Part shown: one piece after another, positions 29,694-39,772 of the stretch
How positions within the stretch are numbered: position 1 is the first letter of the stretch
Layout of the letters: every line of letters begins with the position of its first letter
Virus record (IMG/VR): IMGVR_UViG_3300042549_007551
Location: 11,791-75,790 of that record
Direction: 5' to 3' (one strand)
Length of the DNA stretch: 64,000 nucleotides
From: a virus
Translations under genes and position numbers: made by a program
Notes under the pieces: generated by a model
What the model was told of the DNA's origin: nothing
Databases searched by the model: none
What the model saw: the letters and a program-made list of their open reading frames with translations, nothing else

Positions 29694-29965
29694 TTGACTT
29701 TATCCGCCCAATACGCTGCAGACATCTTACCTTTAGCAATATTACTTGCGTGTCTTGCTTTAAAGGCTTCTCGTCTTGCACGGTAGCTTGCAGACTCACC
29801 ATCTTTTTTAGGTGATCCACTCACACCTTGTTGACCGAATCGAATGGTCTTAACATCATCTCCAGACTTTGCCACAACCACGTGTGACTTGCTAGGATGG
29901 TTTGGTGTACGTTTAGGTTTGTTATAACCTGATACGCCAATACGATTAAGAATTGCTTTTGACAT
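29687..29965 (-). CDS. small basic phage protein (KTIRFGQQG...FKARH...AAYWADKVKW family)
   Basis: RBS AAGGAG; promoter TGATATATT at 29983-29991. Confidence 0.75.
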   Translation of the reverse strand: MSKAILNRIGVSGYNKPKRTPNHPSKSHVVVAKSGDDVKTIRFGQQGVSGSPKKDGESASYRARREAFKARHASNIAKGKMSAAYWADKVKW

Positions 29966-30266
29966 GTTCTTCTCCTTTTAATAATATATCACGTTTATAT
30001 TTTAATAACAAATTTCTAAACCAAACTGCTATGATAATGTTAAGAATCCAGAACGGTGTAAAAGGCGCTAAAATAAAAGCGTATACTGCAGCAGCTGCAA
30101 TATAACCGCGTTCATCTTGAAAAACAAATCCATATGCTAGTGGTAAAAACCACGGTAGTGACGTAATAATGTTAGCAAAAATCCAACTGATCCAACCTTC
30201 TTTAGTAAGTAGGATTTCTTTGACTGCTTTTTTTGCTTTGGTTAAAAAATTATTTTGGATTGCCAT
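29946..30266 (-). CDS. small multi-pass membrane protein
   Basis: 2-3 hydrophobic helices; start reassigned to MAIQNN. Confidence 0.6.
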   Translation of the reverse strand: MAIQNNFLTKAKKAVKEILLTKEGWISWIFANIITSLPWFLPLAYGFVFQDERGYIAAAAVYAFILAPFTPFWILNIIIAVWFRNLLLKYKRDILLKGEEHVKSNS

Positions 30267-30393
30267 TGTTAAAATATTCTTCTGCTTCTGCAAACGTTTC
30301 AAATTCATACTCTTCATTTTCATACATTGATGAAGGTTCAATACTCATTCCAATATATACACCGTTGTGTTTGTAAAAATAAAATTTTTGCAT
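30250..30393 (-). CDS. 47-aa acidic protein immediately downstream of the tail fibre (possible fibre chaperone)
   Basis: Hand translation MQKFYFYKHNGVYIGMSIEPSSMYENEEYEFETFAEAEEYFNNGNPK; starts 1 nt after the fibre stop. Confidence 0.55.
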   Translation of the reverse strand: MQKFYFYKHNGVYIGMSIEPSSMYENEEYEFETFAEAEEYFNNGNPK

Positions 30394-30394
30394 A

Positions 30395-33300
30395 TTAATA
30401 TCCAAACCATCTAAATGCTAGACTGGCTCCTGTAAAGTTGTGTCTAAAAGACATTGTAGTTCCACTAAAGAAAATATCAATGTTCATTACTTGTGTGTTA
30501 GTTCCATTCGACCAAGCAACACGATGTTGTTTGCCAGGCGTTGCAGTTCCAATACTTTGAGCTGATGTAATGGTTAATGGTATACGAGCAATGACTGAAC
30601 CTGTTGTTGAGTCTTGATGAATGTATAACCAAAAGTCGCGCATACCACTTGTAAATGTAATCGTTGTAAAACTTGTCGAGTTAGCGATAGCAGAACTTAC
30701 TCCTATTTCTCTTTGATGAGTTCCATAATAAACTGCTCGTTCTAATGTAGGCACAACACTTGAAGATGATAATTGACCTAAATCTGTAAGGTCTTTAGGA
30801 GCAACGGTTGTAACTGCTCCAGTTCCAGCACCTACTAAAAGACTTCCTGAAGTTAACGAAGTAGTGCCAGTTCCACCTCTATTAACGGCAATCGTTGAAG
30901 CAGTCCATGTACCTGTAGTAACAGTACCTAATGTTGTAATACTTGTAGAACCTGCTGTTGGAGCAGCTCCGACCATTGCTGCAGTGATACCACTAACAGT
31001 ACCAGTAAATGTAGGAGATGCAAACATTGTAGCTTTAGATTCATTTGTAACATTACCGAGCCCTACCATTGCTGCAGTAACACCTGAAACAGTTCCTGTA
31101 AATGTAGGACTACTAAACATCGTTGCTTTAGATTCGTTTGTTACGTTAGCTAATCCAACATCAGTAGCAGTAGGTTTATTACCTTCATGGTAAATAGGAT
31201 AATATGTATCACTAATGTAATCTCTGACTGCACTTAATTTATCATTATAATCTGAAATACCCCAAGAACCGGCAGTATCACTACCACCACTTGACGGGTT
31301 TGCAATAAACCTTGGTGCGTAAATATCTCCTGTAACTGTGCCACCTGTTAATGGAAGTTTAGTAGCATCAGCTGGTGTAGCCCAACTTCCGTTACCACTT
31401 AAAAAGGTGGTTGCACTTGGAGTACCTGACGCAGCGATGTCTGCAATTTCCACACCGAAAATATGCATTCTTGTTAAGATAATACCTTCAGTTGCATTAA
31501 CTTTGGTCACTGCGCCTACTTGTATTTTTGCATTGGTTCCGGTTGGTTCGGTCGCCGTTAAAGCGCCTGCTGTTGATCCTGCACTTGCAAACCAAAGAAT
31601 ATTACCTGCTGTATATGTAGATGTATTAACGTTAATTAATTCACCTTGTGTTAGAACATAACCGAAGTCATTCGTCGCAAGTGTTGCTTCTGCTAAACCA
31701 ATAAAGTAATCTGGGTTCGTATTGATTTCACTTGGCACCGCTGCTTTTATTAAGATATGGTCGCCTTGAACACCGGCAAATTGTACGGCTTGTCCTTTGG
31801 TAATTGCTGATTGTGCTTTACCATAAATGTATAAATACTTTAATTGTTCTTTGACTGCACTTGTTAATAAGAATGCCGAAGCATGATTGCCATCAAGTAA
31901 ATCAGCGTTTAAATTTGTAACGGCTGTCGTCGATGCGACCGTTAATGGAGCGGTACCTGTGGCTTGTGTGGAAATAAATGTGGTGGCTTTGGTATTGCCA
32001 ACAACTTCTAATTTTTCAGATGGTGTTCTTGTTGCAATACCAACGTTACTTCCGTCAGGTTGTAAAGCAAGATTTTTATACGATACGCCATCTTGAACAA
32101 CTTGAATTGTTCCCATATCGTTGCCGTCTTCAAAATCAACCCAAAGACGTTTAGTTTCAGCATCTCCCATTACGTTTAATTGACCTGTAATTCTTGTGCC
32201 ACCTGCAACGTGTAGTTTAACGGCAGGAGCAGTCGTTCCAATACCGACGTTTCCGTTACCAAGAATATGCATTCTTTCAAGATTATTTGTTCCAAAACTA
32301 ATTGGTTCATTATTATATGTGTATATAAAGTTTTTTCCAACAGCATCATTCCATCGTCCAATAATTAAACCCGCCGCAGCACCAGATCCAGTTGTGTTAT
32401 TAGTAAAATGAATTGCCGAAGCATTTGTATCAGGTGAATGAATATGAATAAATTTACCTGTTGAATTTAAAACTGGACTTGTAGTTCCTACACCAATTGT
32501 ATTACTTACATTTAAAGTACCAGTAATGTTTCCACCTGTTAAAGGTACATAGTTAGCAAACCGTGGATCACTACTATTGATTACAGAAAAAGTAAATTGT
32601 TGATCGTTACCATCTCCTGCAACATCACTGTATTTTGTAAACACAATCATATCGCCTGCTTCTAAAGTAACTGGTGATGTTGAGTCGCCTTCATCTCCTG
32701 GAGTTAATACGTGATATTGAAAAGTTGGTCCTAGTGTGGTTTGATCAGTCCAAGTTAAAGTTACTTCTGCTGCAGCTGTCCACATGTAACCGTACATGTT
32801 TTCATAATCGCCACCCGATAAAGCTACTAACTGTGCAACTAAACCAGTAGAAGCTGCGCTTAATGAAACAGCACCGCTAATAGTACCTACTAAATAAAAA
32901 CCACGGCCTGCACCTGTAATAAAATCAGGTAAGTTTGCAACAGGAACTTTGCTAGTTGCATCAAGCGGAGCAACTCCGTTTGCTGCGTTACGTGCTGAAG
33001 TATTTATTTTTGCATCTAAACTTGTTTGTAAATTAGTTACATCTGCAATAGCATGTGTATGTGCATTAGGTGCAGCTGTAACTGTAATGTTAGCAGAACC
33101 ATTAAAACTAACACCATTAATTGTTCTTGCTGTTTGTAATGTTGTAGCAGTAGCAGCATTTCCTGTAGTACTATCTGAAACTCTAGCACTATCTACTCTA
33201 ACACCATAAGTGTTTAGACCATTCCAACCCATTAATGTAGGATATGTAGCTGACCAAAATACGTCTGGGTTTGTGTTATTTTTAGCTGTACCACCAGGAG

Positions 33301-34642
33301 CTGTGCCATTAGAAGCATCAAATATAGTATGACCGTTACCGTAGTTTTTCCAAGCAAGTTCACCTATTACATTACCAATTACTGAAGTACTATTGTTCCA
33401 GTCACTTCTTGTTCTTGCTGAAACAAATGCTGTAGAGTGAAGTCCATCTAGTAAGTCAGCATTTAAATTTGCAACTGCAGTAGTAGACGTAACAGCTAAC
33501 GGTGATGTGCCTGTAGCAATAGTAGATATTAAACGAGTCCCTTGCACAGTTCCTGGGAAAAATGCATTTTGTGACATATCAAAAGAATATAAATCATTAG
33601 TACCTGCTAGTGTTGAAGGAACTTGCCAAGCATTTTCACCAAAAATTCTAATACCCTCTACTTGAGCAGTACTAGGATAATTAGTATCTTTTGTAGTCAT
33701 GATAAAAGTTAAACGTAATTGCCAGTTATTTCCTGTTTGTGTTGTACCACCACCAAGAGTTCCTAATACTAAAGGTATGTCATTCCAGCCTGACCATCCA
33801 CTTAATGAATATGTTCCAACTGTAGACCATGCTCCACTTGATTGAAAGTTAACACCTGTTCTAGTTTCAACTAAAACATTCATACCACCACTGGATGCAA
33901 TGTTAATTAACATCTTTCTTGGGTTTGTGTAAACATATCCAGTGGTTCCATTTTGAGCAGTTAATGTGACTCTAGTTCTACTTGTAGTAAAGTATTCACC
34001 ACTTATTCTACCGACTGTAACTGACATCGCAGTAGTACACCATTGTGATTTTTGTGTAGCATTATAGTTATAATTAGTCCAAGTTGTACCACTGTCAGCA
34101 GAATATTCAAAATCTAATCCAGCACCATTAATAAAAGCAATTCTATTAGCACTAAGTTCATTTGAAAGTGACATACCAATAGGTGTAACTTGTCCACTAA
34201 GATGTTTACCACCCCATGTTAAATAAGATTCACTTACTCCAGTGATAGGAATAGTTATATTTGCTGATCCATTAAATGATGTAGCCGTTCCAACTGCACC
34301 TGTTCCAATACCAATAGTTCTTCCAGTAGTTAATATATCAGCAGTTCCAGCAGTAGTTACATTTAAATTACTTACTCTAGTTGTAGAAGCAACAACAAAA
34401 GGAGCAGTTCCTGTTGCTACTGTTGATGTTAGTTGTCCACTCATCGTATCGCCGGTAATGTTTACATAATTATCTACACCAGCAGGCACCGCCCACTGTC
34501 CATCTCCACGAAGAAAAGTAGTACCACTTGGAGTACCACTTGCTGCGATCTGACCTACACTTGTTTTAGGGTATAGCTCTTCAAACGCACCCAGCCCTCC
34601 GTTAAGAGTTGGGTTCCAACGTTTAAGAATTGTGTTTGGCAT
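30395..34642 (-). CDS. long tail fibre / receptor-binding protein
   Basis: Gly/Thr/Ala-rich; fibre repeats LNADLLDG, ARTINGVSFNGSANI, GNVGIGTTAP, FLRGDGQW; tandem VGL.NVTNESKATMF repeat. Confidence 0.85.
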   Translation of the reverse strand: MPNTILKRWNPTLNGGLGAFEELYPKTSVGQIAASGTPSGTTFLRGDGQWAVPAGVDNYVNITGDTMSGQLTSTVATGTAPFVVASTTRVSNLNVTTAGTADILTTGRTIGIGTGAVGTATSFNGSANITIPITGVSESYLTWGGKHLSGQVTPIGMSLSNELSANRIAFINGAGLDFEYSADSGTTWTNYNYNATQKSQWCTTAMSVTVGRISGEYFTTSRTRVTLTAQNGTTGYVYTNPRKMLINIASSGGMNVLVETRTGVNFQSSGAWSTVGTYSLSGWSGWNDIPLVLGTLGGGTTQTGNNWQLRLTFIMTTKDTNYPSTAQVEGIRIFGENAWQVPSTLAGTNDLYSFDMSQNAFFPGTVQGTRLISTIATGTSPLAVTSTTAVANLNADLLDGLHSTAFVSARTRSDWNNSTSVIGNVIGELAWKNYGNGHTIFDASNGTAPGGTAKNNTNPDVFWSATYPTLMGWNGLNTYGVRVDSARVSDSTTGNAATATTLQTARTINGVSFNGSANITVTAAPNAHTHAIADVTNLQTSLDAKINTSARNAANGVAPLDATSKVPVANLPDFITGAGRGFYLVGTISGAVSLSAASTGLVAQLVALSGGDYENMYGYMWTAAAEVTLTWTDQTTLGPTFQYHVLTPGDEGDSTSPVTLEAGDMIVFTKYSDVAGDGNDQQFTFSVINSSDPRFANYVPLTGGNITGTLNVSNTIGVGTTSPVLNSTGKFIHIHSPDTNASAIHFTNNTTGSGAAAGLIIGRWNDAVGKNFIYTYNNEPISFGTNNLERMHILGNGNVGIGTTAPAVKLHVAGGTRITGQLNVMGDAETKRLWVDFEDGNDMGTIQVVQDGVSYKNLALQPDGSNVGIATRTPSEKLEVVGNTKATTFISTQATGTAPLTVASTTAVTNLNADLLDGNHASAFLLTSAVKEQLKYLYIYGKAQSAITKGQAVQFAGVQGDHILIKAAVPSEINTNPDYFIGLAEATLATNDFGYVLTQGELINVNTSTYTAGNILWFASAGSTAGALTATEPTGTNAKIQVGAVTKVNATEGIILTRMHIFGVEIADIAASGTPSATTFLSGNGSWATPADATKLPLTGGTVTGDIYAPRFIANPSSGGSDTAGSWGISDYNDKLSAVRDYISDTYYPIYHEGNKPTATDVGLANVTNESKATMFSSPTFTGTVSGVTAAMVGLGNVTNESKATMFASPTFTGTVSGITAAMVGAAPTAGSTSITTLGTVTTGTWTASTIAVNRGGTGTTSLTSGSLLVGAGTGAVTTVAPKDLTDLGQLSSSSVVPTLERAVYYGTHQREIGVSSAIANSTSFTTITFTSGMRDFWLYIHQDSTTGSVIARIPLTITSAQSIGTATPGKQHRVAWSNGTNTQVMNIDIFFSGTTMSFRHNFTGASLAFRWFGY

Positions 34643-34659
34643 GGTTTTATACCAGCCTA

Positions 34660-36468
34660 TTAGTTAATGTCGAACCAGACCGTACCTGCTAAAGGAGTAG
34701 TTGGAGTTGCTGTTTGAATAAATAATGGGTGGTTCATTCTAAATGCATCTGAAGCCATTGTTAAACCACCTAAAGCAGTTGCTGTATAAGTTGTGTTATT
34801 GTCAGTACCCCATTCAACAGCAGTTGCACCAGAGTTTATTTTTAAAACTTGACCAGCTGTGCCTTTAGCTAAACGAATATTATTTGTACCATTATGAGTT
34901 AATAAGTCTCCTCCAGCTGATAATGGTGAAAGCGCATCAAAACTTAAAAGTTTAGTAGTTTGTCCCGTACCACCATTAGCAAGAGCAACAGTTCCTGTTA
35001 CGTTAGCGGCAGTTCCTGTAGTGTTTTGATTTAAAGTGGGAATGTCACCTGCAGCAAGAGCGCCCCATGCAGGAGCAGCAGATGCACTACCTGTACCTGT
35101 TTGACTTAAGAATTGTTTAGTAGCGCTTGTATTACCTGCAAGTTTTACGTTACTACCTAAAGCTCCACCATAAATAATATCACCTAAACTATCTATTGGT
35201 GATAAAGCATTAAAAGCATTAGTTTTAGTAGCAAATCCAGTACCACCATTCGCGAGTGCGACTACGCCTGTTACGTTTGCAGCAGTACCAGTTGTGTTTT
35301 GGTTAAGCGTTGGAACATCAGCAGCTTGAATTCCCGACATTAAAATATTAGATCCATTACCTCTTAAATAACTTCCTGCAGTAACCGACCCTGCAAGAGC
35401 ATTAATAGCAGTTTGAGCAGTTGTAGCACCTGTACCACCGTTTGCGATTGCAACTACACCTGTTACGTTAGCTGCAGTACCAGTTGTGTTTTGGTTAAGT
35501 GTTGGGATGTCTCCGGCAGCTAAAGTTTTAGATGAAACAGATGTTACGTGTCCTAAACTATTAACAGTAATTGCAGAAAGAACAAGACCTGTTGCAGCTG
35601 TAATAGTACTATTAGCCCCATCTGTTGGGTGAGCATAAGTTCCGGTAGGAGTTCCCCAAGTTCCAGCACCTGTTAAATATTTAACGTTATCAGTAGCAGC
35701 TGGTGTTGGAACAAGACCAGCCGTACCGGGATTAGTACCGTTAGCACCAGTCATTAATTCATAAGTATTATTAACAGTTGCAAAAACAAAACTATAAGGT
35801 GATCCAACTGTACCAGCTCCCGTAATATTAGTAAGAATAAACCAATCGCCAGTTTCAATATTTACAGTTAATTGTGATCCTGGGGAACGTTCTTCACCTG
35901 GGTTAATACCACTTGTAGTAGCATATACTCCACCTACGTCTATTGCTCCAGTTCCACTGGTAATAGTAACTGCAGTTGTTGTTACCCAATAATAACCAAT
36001 AGCACTACGACCAGCACTTGCAGCGTTAGCAACAGCAGCAAGACCAAGGTTTCTAATGTCACTATTTGCACCTACTGTAGCAAAAAAACGCAAACTATCA
36101 AAAACAGAGTTAGGTAAATACGCAGGTTTAATTTTAAGTGTATTTCCTGAACCTTCAAAAACACTAACAGGAGTATGTGCAGTTACATCTACTACTAAAT
36201 CAGTAGCATTAGTTTTAGCACTTTCTTTTACAAACCCATCTGTAAATGTTAAAGACACACCTGTTCCATTAGCAGTAGCATTATTATTCATTGTTAAATC
36301 TGTGCTATTAGTAATACTAACTACAACAGTTCCAGTAGGAATACCTGTACCTGAAATAACTGCACCTTGTTTAATGCTTGCTGTAGCCCCAACAGTTAAG
36401 TTAGGTGTTCCTGAAGTAGTGTTAAATGCTTGTACAACACTACCTGTCGTCCAACGTTTAATAATCAT
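34660..36468 (-). CDS. second tail fibre-like protein
   Basis: Three copies of D(I/V)PTLNQNTTGTAANVTG.VA.ANGGTG; N-terminal IIKRW shared with the neighbour's ILKRW. Confidence 0.8.
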   Translation of the reverse strand: MIIKRWTTGSVVQAFNTTSGTPNLTVGATASIKQGAVISGTGIPTGTVVVSITNSTDLTMNNNATANGTGVSLTFTDGFVKESAKTNATDLVVDVTAHTPVSVFEGSGNTLKIKPAYLPNSVFDSLRFFATVGANSDIRNLGLAAVANAASAGRSAIGYYWVTTTAVTITSGTGAIDVGGVYATTSGINPGEERSPGSQLTVNIETGDWFILTNITGAGTVGSPYSFVFATVNNTYELMTGANGTNPGTAGLVPTPAATDNVKYLTGAGTWGTPTGTYAHPTDGANSTITAATGLVLSAITVNSLGHVTSVSSKTLAAGDIPTLNQNTTGTAANVTGVVAIANGGTGATTAQTAINALAGSVTAGSYLRGNGSNILMSGIQAADVPTLNQNTTGTAANVTGVVALANGGTGFATKTNAFNALSPIDSLGDIIYGGALGSNVKLAGNTSATKQFLSQTGTGSASAAPAWGALAAGDIPTLNQNTTGTAANVTGTVALANGGTGQTTKLLSFDALSPLSAGGDLLTHNGTNNIRLAKGTAGQVLKINSGATAVEWGTDNNTTYTATALGGLTMASDAFRMNHPLFIQTATPTTPLAGTVWFDIN

Positions 36469-36956
36469 TTTTTGTTTCCTCCGTTATACTCTTCAATTTT
36501 TATTGAAAGGTATTTTTCAACCGTTTGAGTATTTTTAAAAAAGACGCCTAACATTTTATTTTGATCTTGAAAAGAAGTAATGTACTCATCAAATAAATTA
36601 GCAAGTTTAGTTAAGTCAGATTTTAGCATTTCAATTTGTTTATCTTTAGATGTTTTTAAAGTTAAAATTTCTTGCTCTTTACTTTGTACAACGTTTTGTA
36701 ACACAGCTGTTTCATTTTTTGACTTATCTAAATGTTGACGTACACTGTGTTCATTAGCAACAATTTCTTCGTTACTTTTTTTAATAGATAACAATTCTTT
36801 TTTAAGCAATGTAATTTCTTCTTTTAATTGTGGTAACAAAGCATTTTCTGCTTCTAACAAAATAATCTTTTTAAAAAGTTCTTTTTCATTACTAACAAAC
36901 ACCGGACTTTTTTCCATTGTTTCTTCTTTTAATTCAAGTTCTTTTTTAGTTGCCAT
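36465..36956 (-). CDS. coiled-coil hypothetical protein
   Basis: RBS AGGTGAGG; promoter TGATACAAT at 36974-36982. Confidence 0.7.
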   Translation of the reverse strand: MATKKELELKEETMEKSPVFVSNEKELFKKIILLEAENALLPQLKEEITLLKKELLSIKKSNEEIVANEHSVRQHLDKSKNETAVLQNVVQSKEQEILTLKTSKDKQIEMLKSDLTKLANLFDEYITSFQDQNKMLGVFFKNTQTVEKYLSIKIEEYNGGNKK

Positions 36957-36987
36957 AAATTCCTCACCTTTTTATTGTATCACAAAT

Positions 36988-37392
36988 TTAAAACTCAAAC
37001 CAAATATCATTTGTTTTATTATTGGTTGGTGGCGTATCTGATACAACAACTTTATTAGCAGTCGTTGCTTTAAACGCTTCAGTAGTTCCGTCATAACGAA
37101 TAAACTGTCCGTCTTGCAAGTTAGCAATATTAAATTGTGCAAGTATACTTAAAAGTGTATTAATAACCCCTTCATCTTCAAATTCATTAAGCCCAGTGGT
37201 AACACTAGTATAAGTACCGAACAAAGCTTTATGTAATTTTTCAAGATACTCGACGGTTACGTTAGCTTGAAGTTTAAGTGTATTAACAACTTGATTCCAT
37301 TCTTGGATCGTTAAACTATTCGCGGCTTGTTTAACTTGTTCTACGATGCCGTTTCTAACTAATGTGGGTTTCTTTTCAAGAAAAACTGCCAT
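36988..37392 (-). CDS. hypothetical virion/tail-associated protein
   Basis: C-terminal VSDTPPT...DIWF motif typical of fibre-associated proteins. Confidence 0.6.
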   Translation of the reverse strand: MAVFLEKKPTLVRNGIVEQVKQAANSLTIQEWNQVVNTLKLQANVTVEYLEKLHKALFGTYTSVTTGLNEFEDEGVINTLLSILAQFNIANLQDGQFIRYDGTTEAFKATTANKVVVSDTPPTNNKTNDIWFEF

Positions 37393-37393
37393 G

Positions 37394-37861
37394 TTATTTG
37401 TTTACTACGCCTAACACGTAGCCTTTTGAAAGAAGGTACAGTTCTTTATACTTGAGATGAAATGCATCAAACACACTAGCAACTGCCATGCTTCCAAACA
37501 ATACAATGACTGTTTCAAAGTATGATGTAAACGCTACATCAATTGCATTTTCTATCACATACTTAAGTGTAAGACCTAATGTAATTAAAACAATAAACAA
37601 TAATATCTTTGGGCTCGCTTTAACTAAACCTTTAAATAGACTAGGTTCCCATGCGCTAACCCATTGTGGTATGTCTGACGCTAGTTTAATAATTCCTATG
37701 GTGCCTACAATAATCGTTGGCATAACCAGTCTACTGGAAACAGGCGTCTCAGTAAAACCTAACTTAATTGCAAAGTATGCAAAAGGTAAAACATATCCTA
37801 TTAGAAATCCAATCCAATAGTAAGTATTTTTTAACTTTGCATAGTTAAGTGTGGTGCTCAT
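37394..37861 (-). CDS. four-helix integral membrane protein (holin-like candidate)
   Basis: Four hydrophobic segments. Confidence 0.55.
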   Translation of the reverse strand: MSTTLNYAKLKNTYYWIGFLIGYVLPFAYFAIKLGFTETPVSSRLVMPTIIVGTIGIIKLASDIPQWVSAWEPSLFKGLVKASPKILLFIVLITLGLTLKYVIENAIDVAFTSYFETVIVLFGSMAVASVFDAFHLKYKELYLLSKGYVLGVVNK

Positions 37862-38361
37862 TACTTAGCTCCTACGTATTTACTTAATAAATCTCCTGCG
37901 GCTTTAACAACAGTTTCAACTGTTTGTGCAACCACTTCTTGGCTTACAACTGGTTTAGGTAATGCTGGTGTAACACCTGCACTTCCTTCAGAAACAACAG
38001 GCTTAACTGTCATTAACTTAGTAAACTCTTCTTGTAAAGATAGTTTATCTTCAATTGGAAGTTTAGATGCAATGACAATATACGACAATGCCTTGAATGT
38101 AGCTAGGTTAACTTGTTCTAGGTAACGATCCTTAGCTTCTAATTCTTGATGTCTTGCTTCTAAAGCATTGTACTTTTGCGCAATGTCTTTGACTAACTGA
38201 TTAGAGTTAGATAATTGACCAGTGCTTTGCATACGTAATGCATTGAATTGCAAGATAGACTTAACTTGCACAACAATAAACGTTAGCAGTGTACCTACGG
38301 TCACACCACCTGCAATCGACACTCCCCAATACTCTTCTAAAAATTGAATAACTTGTTCCAT
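37861..38361 (-). CDS. N-terminally membrane-anchored coiled-coil protein
   Basis: WGVSIAGGVTVGTLLTFIVV helix; RBS AAGGAGG. Confidence 0.6.
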   Translation of the reverse strand: MEQVIQFLEEYWGVSIAGGVTVGTLLTFIVVQVKSILQFNALRMQSTGQLSNSNQLVKDIAQKYNALEARHQELEAKDRYLEQVNLATFKALSYIVIASKLPIEDKLSLQEEFTKLMTVKPVVSEGSAGVTPALPKPVVSQEVVAQTVETVVKAAGDLLSKYVGAK

Positions 38362-38378
38362 AAATTATTCCTCCTTTC

Positions 38379-39329
38379 TTATTTTGTTACGTTACCTGCA
38401 GGATTACCTGTAGATACACGATTACTTGTCTCAGTCCACTGTGAAGCGGTCCACTTACTTGGGTCAGATCCGTATAAACTGGTCATCTGACGTATTGTTT
38501 GTTGATATGGATCACCTGCATCTGAAGCAGCCATTGCTGAACCAATCTGACCACGTGCATTAGCTTGATTAAGAAAGTCTGCGTAAGCTTGATCTTGCGA
38601 CGTGTTCATACCAATCTGTGCTTCAAGTCTACCTTGGTTTAACATCTGTGCGTTTTGATTTAATGTATTTACATTTGTCATTAACATCTGCATATCTTGA
38701 TTTGCAATTTGTGATTCACTCATACCTGCTCGTAAACGTGCTAATCGTTCGCTGCGTACTTGATCTGTAATTTGTTTTACTGTACTTGCTTGCTGCATAG
38801 CCGCTTGTTGGAATCCAACATCTGCCATGGTTGCAGCTTGTTGTGCTTGGTTTGCATAAGATTCTTCTAATCGACCTAGCATTTCTGCTCCACCAGTACC
38901 GGGTTTTAATGAATACACATCTTGATAATACTGATTAAAGGCATCTACTTGACCTTCAGCGTTTGTTGGGGCTTCAATACCCCGTGTTATAAGTTCGCCT
39001 GTTTCTTTGTTATACGTATTACCTGCAACGTCGAATCCTAATTTAGTTGCATTCAAATTAATAATTTGATTCATCGCAGCTTTTACGTTTTTAAAACGTT
39101 CAGATCCTTCACGGTTACCACCAGCATCTATAAGCTGTTCAGCCAGCAACTCCGCGTCAGTAAGCGGTCTGCCTAAAGAAACTATTTTTGCTAATAATCT
39201 ATCTCTTTCTTCTGCATCTAAATTCCAGTTAGCATCAGTTCCTGCAACAGTTGTATTATATTCAACACCATTTACAGTTCCTGTAGTACCACCAAACTGT
39301 TGTAAATTTAGTTTAAATTTTAACTTCAT
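38379..39329 (-). CDS. putative internal virion (ejection / DNA-pilot) protein with an N-terminal Prp cleavage motif
   Basis: MKLKFKLNLQQF|GG; Gln/Ala/Met-rich helical body, no Cys; follows the tail genes. Confidence 0.6.
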   Translation of the reverse strand: MKLKFKLNLQQFGGTTGTVNGVEYNTTVAGTDANWNLDAEERDRLLAKIVSLGRPLTDAELLAEQLIDAGGNREGSERFKNVKAAMNQIINLNATKLGFDVAGNTYNKETGELITRGIEAPTNAEGQVDAFNQYYQDVYSLKPGTGGAEMLGRLEESYANQAQQAATMADVGFQQAAMQQASTVKQITDQVRSERLARLRAGMSESQIANQDMQMLMTNVNTLNQNAQMLNQGRLEAQIGMNTSQDQAYADFLNQANARGQIGSAMAASDAGDPYQQTIRQMTSLYGSDPSKWTASQWTETSNRVSTGNPAGNVTK

Positions 39330-39772
39330 ACGATTTCTCCTTTCTCTTCTATCTCTTTAATAACAGCAGCTAAACGTAATTGTTCATCAATTAACTTTTG
39401 TTTTTCATCTAAAAGAGCTTGTTTTAAAACACGTATTTCTTCTTCAAGCTTGTATAAGTAGTCTTCAATATTAGGACGAATAGGCTTCTGTCCTAATATC
39501 TGATAAACATTATACGGCAAATTAGAAACATATGTACGCACAATATGATTGTTGTCATCTAATAACTCTACTTTAACATTTATAATTTGTTGTTCTAGAG
39601 AAATATAAATGTACTCTTTATTACCTCTAAATAATTTTTCATTAAGATACAACACAGGATGCAAGTGCTGTGTGTTTGGTTCAAAAACATACTCAACATA
39701 TGTACGTTCAACCAATTCAGGCACATACATTGTTTCAATAAGTACCTTTCCGTCTATTAATTTTAATATCAT
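39326..39772 (-). CDS. hypothetical structural-region protein
   Basis: Translationally coupled at both ends; C-terminal coiled coil. Confidence 0.65.
   Translation of the reverse strand: MILKLIDGKVLIETMYVPELVERTYVEYVFEPNTQHLHPVLYLNEKLFRGNKEYIYISLEQQIINVKVELLDDNNHIVRTYVSNLPYNVYQILGQKPIRPNIEDYLYKLEEEIRVLKQALLDEKQKLIDEQLRLAAVIKEIEEKGEIV

Noticed and set aside
30395-36468. Diversity-generating retroelement acting on the tail fibres
   Set aside because: No reverse transcriptase in the window; the repeats are in-frame and differ mainly at synonymous positions, not specifically at adenines
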